Part shown: positions 60,269 to 64,000 of the stretch, piece by piece
How the letters are laid out: every line of letters starts with the position of its first letter
Numbering within the stretch: position 1 is the first letter of the stretch
NCBI GenBank assembly: GCA_963736115.1
Contig: CAVTNR010000014.1
Location: 208,371 to 272,370, forward strand
Length of the DNA stretch: 64,000 nucleotides
Source of the DNA: an uncultured bacterium
GTDB lineage: Bacteria > Zhuqueibacterota > QNDG01 > DTFT01
Direction: 5' to 3'
The notes under the pieces: model-generated
Told to the model about the DNA's origin: nothing
Databases searched by the model: none
The model's input: only the letters and a program-made list of their open reading frames with translations
Made by a program: the position numbers and the translations under genes

Positions 60269-61563
60269 GGACGGCAGCCGCCCGGCAGGGGGAAGGCGCC
60301 GCAAAGCTCGGCTGACTCGGCCCGGATCGCGGCCAGGGCGGATTCGTCCGAAACCGCTGAAAGCGCCCGGTGGATCAGGTCCGCGATCCGGCGCATTTCC
60401 GGCTCCTTCATGCCGCGGGTGGTCATGGCGGGCGTGCCGACCCGGATGCCGCTCGTGATTGCGGGGCTCTGTGTGTCGAAGGGAACCATGTTCTTGTTCA
60501 CCGTGATGCCGGCCTGGTCGAGCGCGATGGTGGCGGCCTTGCCGGTGACGCCCCGATTGGTCAGGTCGAGCAGGAGCAGGTGGTTGTCCGTTCCGCCGGA
60601 CACGAGCGTCACGCCGTGTTCGGTCAGGCGTTCGGCCATGGCTTTCGCGTTCCGGATGATCTGCTCGCAGTAGGAACGGTACTCGGGTTCCAGGTTTTCA
60701 CCCAGGGCGACGGCCTTGGCCGCGATGACGTGCATGAGCGGACCGCCCTGCATGCCGGGCATGACCGAGCCGTCGATGACCTCGGACAGTTTCTTGACCC
60801 GGCCCGATTTGGCCGCTTTGAGCCCCATCGGATTCTCGCGGTCCTTCCCGAGGAGAATCATGCCGCCCCGGGGGCCGCGCAGGGTTTTGTGGGTCGTCGT
60901 GGTCACAATGTCGCATATGGGAAGCGGATCCGGGTGGAGGCCCGTGGCCACCAGACCCGCCGGATGGGCGATATCGGCCATCAGAAGCGCGCCGACCCGG
61001 TCGGCGATTTCACGGAACCGGGCGAAATCGATGTGCCGGGGATAGGCGCTGGCGCCGGTGACGATGAGCCTGGGCTTGTGCTCGAGCGCCTGACGCAGGG
61101 CCAGATCGTAATCAATGGTGCCGGTCTCCTTCCGTACGCCGTAGGAGACGAACCGGTAGAGTTGACCGGAGAAGTTGACCGGACTGCCGTGCGTGAGGTG
61201 TCCGCCGTGGGCCAGGTCCATGCCGAGCACCGTGTCGCCCGGCTTGATGAACACCATGTAGGCGGCCATGTTCGCCTGCGAACCCGAATGGGGCTGGACA
61301 TTGGCGTATTCGCACCGGAAGAGCTTCCGGGCGCGTTCGCGGGCCAGATTTTCAGCCTCGTCCACGAATTCGCATCCGCCGTAGTAGCGGGCCCCGGGGT
61401 AGCCTTCGGCGTACTTGTTCGTCATCACGCTGCCCATGGCCTCGAGCACGGCCGCGCTGACGAAGTTCTCGGAAGCGATCAGTTCCAGCGTGCCGGCCTG
61501 ACGCTCCGTCTCCCTGCGCAGGGTTTCCGCGACGGCCGGGTCGGATTGTTTCAGGGATTTCAA
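60265..61563 (-). CDS. glyA: Serine hydroxymethyltransferase
   Basis: [28 protein letters not shown] and SGGTDNHL motifs. Confidence 0.97.
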   Translation of the reverse strand: MKSLKQSDPAVAETLRRETERQAGTLELIASENFVSAAVLEAMGSVMTNKYAEGYPGARYYGGCEFVDEAENLARERARKLFRCEYANVQPHSGSQANMAAYMVFIKPGDTVLGMDLAHGGHLTHGSPVNFSGQLYRFVSYGVRKETGTIDYDLALRQALEHKPRLIVTGASAYPRHIDFARFREIADRVGALLMADIAHPAGLVATGLHPDPLPICDIVTTTTHKTLRGPRGGMILLGKDRENPMGLKAAKSGRVKKLSEVIDGSVMPGMQGGPLMHVIAAKAVALGENLEPEYRSYCEQIIRNAKAMAERLTEHGVTLVSGGTDNHLLLLDLTNRGVTGKAATIALDQAGITVNKNMVPFDTQSPAITSGIRVGTPAMTTRGMKEPEMRRIADLIHRALSAVSDESALAAIRAESAELCGAFPLPGGCRP

Positions 61564-61572
61564 GGAAGGCTC

Positions 61573-62016
61573 CTATTTGCCTGTGAGTTGACGGATTTTG
61601 TCGACCCTGCGTTCATGGCGGCCCCCCGATTCGAAGCCGGTTTCCAGAAAAGCGTCCGTGATCGCGGCCGCCAGATCGGGTGGCGTGAAACTGCCGGACA
61701 GTGCCAGCACATTGGCGTCGTTGTGGCGCCGCGAGAGGCGGGCGTCCTCGTCGGTCCGGCACAGCGCCGCGCGCACGCCGGGCACCTTGTTGGCGGCGAT
61801 GGACATGCCGATGCCCGTGTGGCAGATGAGAACCCCGCGGTCGGCCTTTCCCTCGGACACGGCCCGCGCCACGGCGACGCCGATGTCCGGATAATCCACC
61901 GAATCCTTCGAATGGGTTCCGAAATCCTCGACCGCGATTCCCTCCGACACCAGCCGCGCCTTCAGCGCCTCTTTGAGCGCGAAACCCGCGTGATCCGCTC
62001 CGATCGCTATTTTCAT
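61573..62016 (-). CDS. rpiB: Ribose-5-phosphate isomerase B
   Basis: GADHAG, DYPD, CHTGIG, HNDANV and GGRHERRV motifs. Confidence 0.95.
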   Translation of the reverse strand: MKIAIGADHAGFALKEALKARLVSEGIAVEDFGTHSKDSVDYPDIGVAVARAVSEGKADRGVLICHTGIGMSIAANKVPGVRAALCRTDEDARLSRRHNDANVLALSGSFTPPDLAAAITDAFLETGFESGGRHERRVDKIRQLTGK

Positions 62017-62041
62017 GCACAGACCCGTCTCATCGATGCCG

Positions 62042-63313
62042 TTATCTCCGTGTGAACCATTTCTCCGCGAGTGAGGCGGAAACGCTCACGCGGACGAAGT
62101 TCTCCTCGAAACCGTTGTCCGAAAGGCCTCCCCGCCGGCCGATTGCGACAGCCGCGTCCATCCGCGAAGCCGCGGTGCCGAGCGGCAGGCCGGCGCCCAG
62201 CGTGGCCGCGATCTCGCGAACCGAACCGTCCTGGCTGTCGGTGAGGTAAAAGCGGCCGATGGAGAACCCGGCCCGGTAGGCCGTCCTTTTGAAAAAGCCG
62301 TCGGTGGGGAGCAGGCCGGGGAGCCATTCCAGGCCGAAGGCCAGGCGTTCCGCGTCCGCCAGATGGGGCGCGGAACGGCCGTTGACGGTCATCCGGCTCC
62401 ATTCCTCCATCGAATATTCAGCCGCGGCCAGAAAACCATTCGGCAGTATCCCGTGCAGTCCGACGCCCCAGACCGCGGGCATCGTGATTTTTCCCGTATG
62501 CAGGGCCGGCAACCCGGACAGGGGATCGGCGTAGCGTTCCACCTCCGTATCGACATCGAATCCCGGCCTATAGGTCGCGCCCACGGACAGCACGCGAAGC
62601 GGATGCAGGATGCACCCGGCGGTGAAGGAGAAGCCTTTCATCCGGCTGGACAGCAGGTCCGTGGTGCCGGTGAAGCCCGTGCCGTTGAACATGATGCGCC
62701 AGGTCTCGTCGAGCTTGCCGAAGAAGTAATGGGCCTTCAGTCCGAAATCGGCCCAGTGTTTGATGCGGAAGGCGAATGCGGCGTCCGCGCTGTTCAGCCC
62801 GCCCGACGCCGCGACCGATTTGTTGAAGGTTTCCCCGGCCAGGGAATCGGGATAGGAGAGCCGGTAATCGGCGCGCGTGCAGGGCGACAGGCCGAAGGCG
62901 GCGGAAAGGCCGCGTCCGAACGGCAGGGCCAGCGTGAATCCGTTGAAATTGGAATACGGGGACCGGGATGACCCGGAAGCGTCCTTGAATGTGTTGTTCT
63001 CTGAAACGTATTCAATGTCCAGCCGCGTCAGCCGGATCTCGGCCAGAGAAGCGGGATTCCGGGAACCGGCGGAAGACGGATCGGCGAGGGAAATCGAAAC
63101 GCCCCCCATTCCCGCATACCGTGCTCCCGCAAGCCCGGCCGGATAACCGACTCCGCCGGAGGACAGAACCGAGGCCCCGCAGGTCGGGACGGACGGGCCC
63201 GCCGAGTGGATCAGGAGGGCGGCCCACACCGGAACCGGAAGCCTGAAAGCCGCCCGGAGCAGGGTCCAGGCGGACAATGACGCAGTGTTTTTTCGACGTC
63301 GGAGGAGGATCAT
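62042..63313 (-). CDS. FadL/OmpP1-like outer-membrane protein
   Basis: ARYAGMGG...NPASL hatch motif; amphipathic strands; C-terminal EKWF. Confidence 0.7.
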   Translation of the reverse strand: MILLRRRKNTASLSAWTLLRAAFRLPVPVWAALLIHSAGPSVPTCGASVLSSGGVGYPAGLAGARYAGMGGVSISLADPSSAGSRNPASLAEIRLTRLDIEYVSENNTFKDASGSSRSPYSNFNGFTLALPFGRGLSAAFGLSPCTRADYRLSYPDSLAGETFNKSVAASGGLNSADAAFAFRIKHWADFGLKAHYFFGKLDETWRIMFNGTGFTGTTDLLSSRMKGFSFTAGCILHPLRVLSVGATYRPGFDVDTEVERYADPLSGLPALHTGKITMPAVWGVGLHGILPNGFLAAAEYSMEEWSRMTVNGRSAPHLADAERLAFGLEWLPGLLPTDGFFKRTAYRAGFSIGRFYLTDSQDGSVREIAATLGAGLPLGTAASRMDAAVAIGRRGGLSDNGFEENFVRVSVSASLAEKWFTRR

Positions 63314-63333
63314 ATGTTCTTCCTATCTGTGCT

Positions 63334-64000
63334 CTAGAACCTGGACGTGGGCGGCAGAGAATAGAACAGTTCCAGTCTGGGGATGAGGCTGCTGTCCGGC
63401 GCGGAACGGGAATAGGGGGAACACCCGGCGGGATCGGATGTTTCCATCGCTCCCTTGAGCATCAATCCTCCGTTCCGGACCACGCCGGATGTCCACCGTT
63501 GCACCAGGGAGGTGAGCGAAACCGCGGTCGAATCAGACGAGAAGACGCCGCCGACCGAGCGGGTCGAGTCCAGAGTCGCGGGGGGGACGGTCCAGGGTGA
63601 ATCGGTTACGGGATACACGTAGAAAGAGAAATCCGGATCAGAAGAGGGGAAAACGCTGTCGCCGTCGTTGTGCAGGATGAGCCGGGCGCGGTTGATCGTG
63701 GCTTCGCGGGGAATGACCGAGACATCGAAAAACAGGAGGATGCGCTCGGCCGTACCGTTCTGCATCCGCAGGCGTCCTTCGGCCGGCGGCGTTCCGTTGC
63801 GGACCGTAAAGGCGTCTTTGCGCGTCCGGACGGTCACCGTGTCCGCGGTGTCTCCTGCCGCGATGAACAGAAGAACGGGGGACGAGGTTGCGCCTGCTTC
63901 GCGGCTGAAGAGCCTGAACACGCAGTCCGGATCGCCGGTCAGGAGCGAAACCCCCGGTCGTGCGGACCCGGTATCCGGATTCACCAGGGAGAGGGCCAGA
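63334..64000 (-). CDS. C-terminal part of an exported hypothetical protein (DUF4270/DNRLRE-like), truncated by the window edge
   Basis: Frame open to 64000; FDVSVIP.EATINRARL, LTSLVQRW...NGGLML and PRLELFYS. Confidence 0.55.
   Translation of the reverse strand, partial: LALSLVNPDTGSARPGVSLLTGDPDCVFRLFSREAGATSSPVLLFIAAGDTADTVTVRTRKDAFTVRNGTPPAEGRLRMQNGTAERILLFFDVSVIPREATINRARLILHNDGDSVFPSSDPDFSFYVYPVTDSPWTVPPATLDSTRSVGGVFSSDSTAVSLTSLVQRWTSGVVRNGGLMLKGAMETSDPAGCSPYSRSAPDSSLIPRLELFYSLPPTSRF

Noticed and set aside
60370-62055. 561 aa plus-strand ORF
   Set aside because: Antisense shadow of glyA and rpiB

Overview
GC-rich bacterial chromosome segment with about 55 mostly housekeeping or metabolic genes. 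Proteins ending in a PNPFNP/FlgD-Ig domain, an LptE plus sigma54-activator pair, an S46 peptidase and TTGACA/TATAAT-type promoters suggest an FCB-group organism outside Bacteroidota, possibly KSB1-like (inference only). Gene blocks, in order: (1) a translationally coupled CDGSH-DGGGPS-like-dtd-maf-dapF-NYN operon; (2) frameshifted ettA and a leuD/GT2/TPR/lptE/sigma54/epimerase block; (3) a LacI-SDR-gnd-LarA-family sugar-acid locus with a divergent FAH gene; (4) GH3 and secreted FlgD-Ig-tail proteins; (5) cimA, trpR-trpB2, nadE-mazG, ylxR/L7Ae-mutL-miaA; (6) an rpiB-glyA-dCMP deaminase-nrdR-rnfC-rnfD-tatC operon whose RnfCD pair is orphan and degenerate. I found no rRNA, tRNA, CRISPR array or transposase. 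The most unusual signal is non-coding: seven 42-46 bp units (GC hairpin + A[CT]CA + 18-21 nt core + TTGAAG[AG]) are nested, without target duplication, at equivalent positions in GCAAGC hairpins of a ~115-125 bp MITE-like host at 28.1-28.3 kb and 50.2-50.4 kb. An empty-site hairpin is present at 30.5 kb. Inverted heptamer-repeat cassettes occupy several other intergenic gaps. Several frameshifts (ettA; 52.4-55.2 kb) probably reflect assembly indels.
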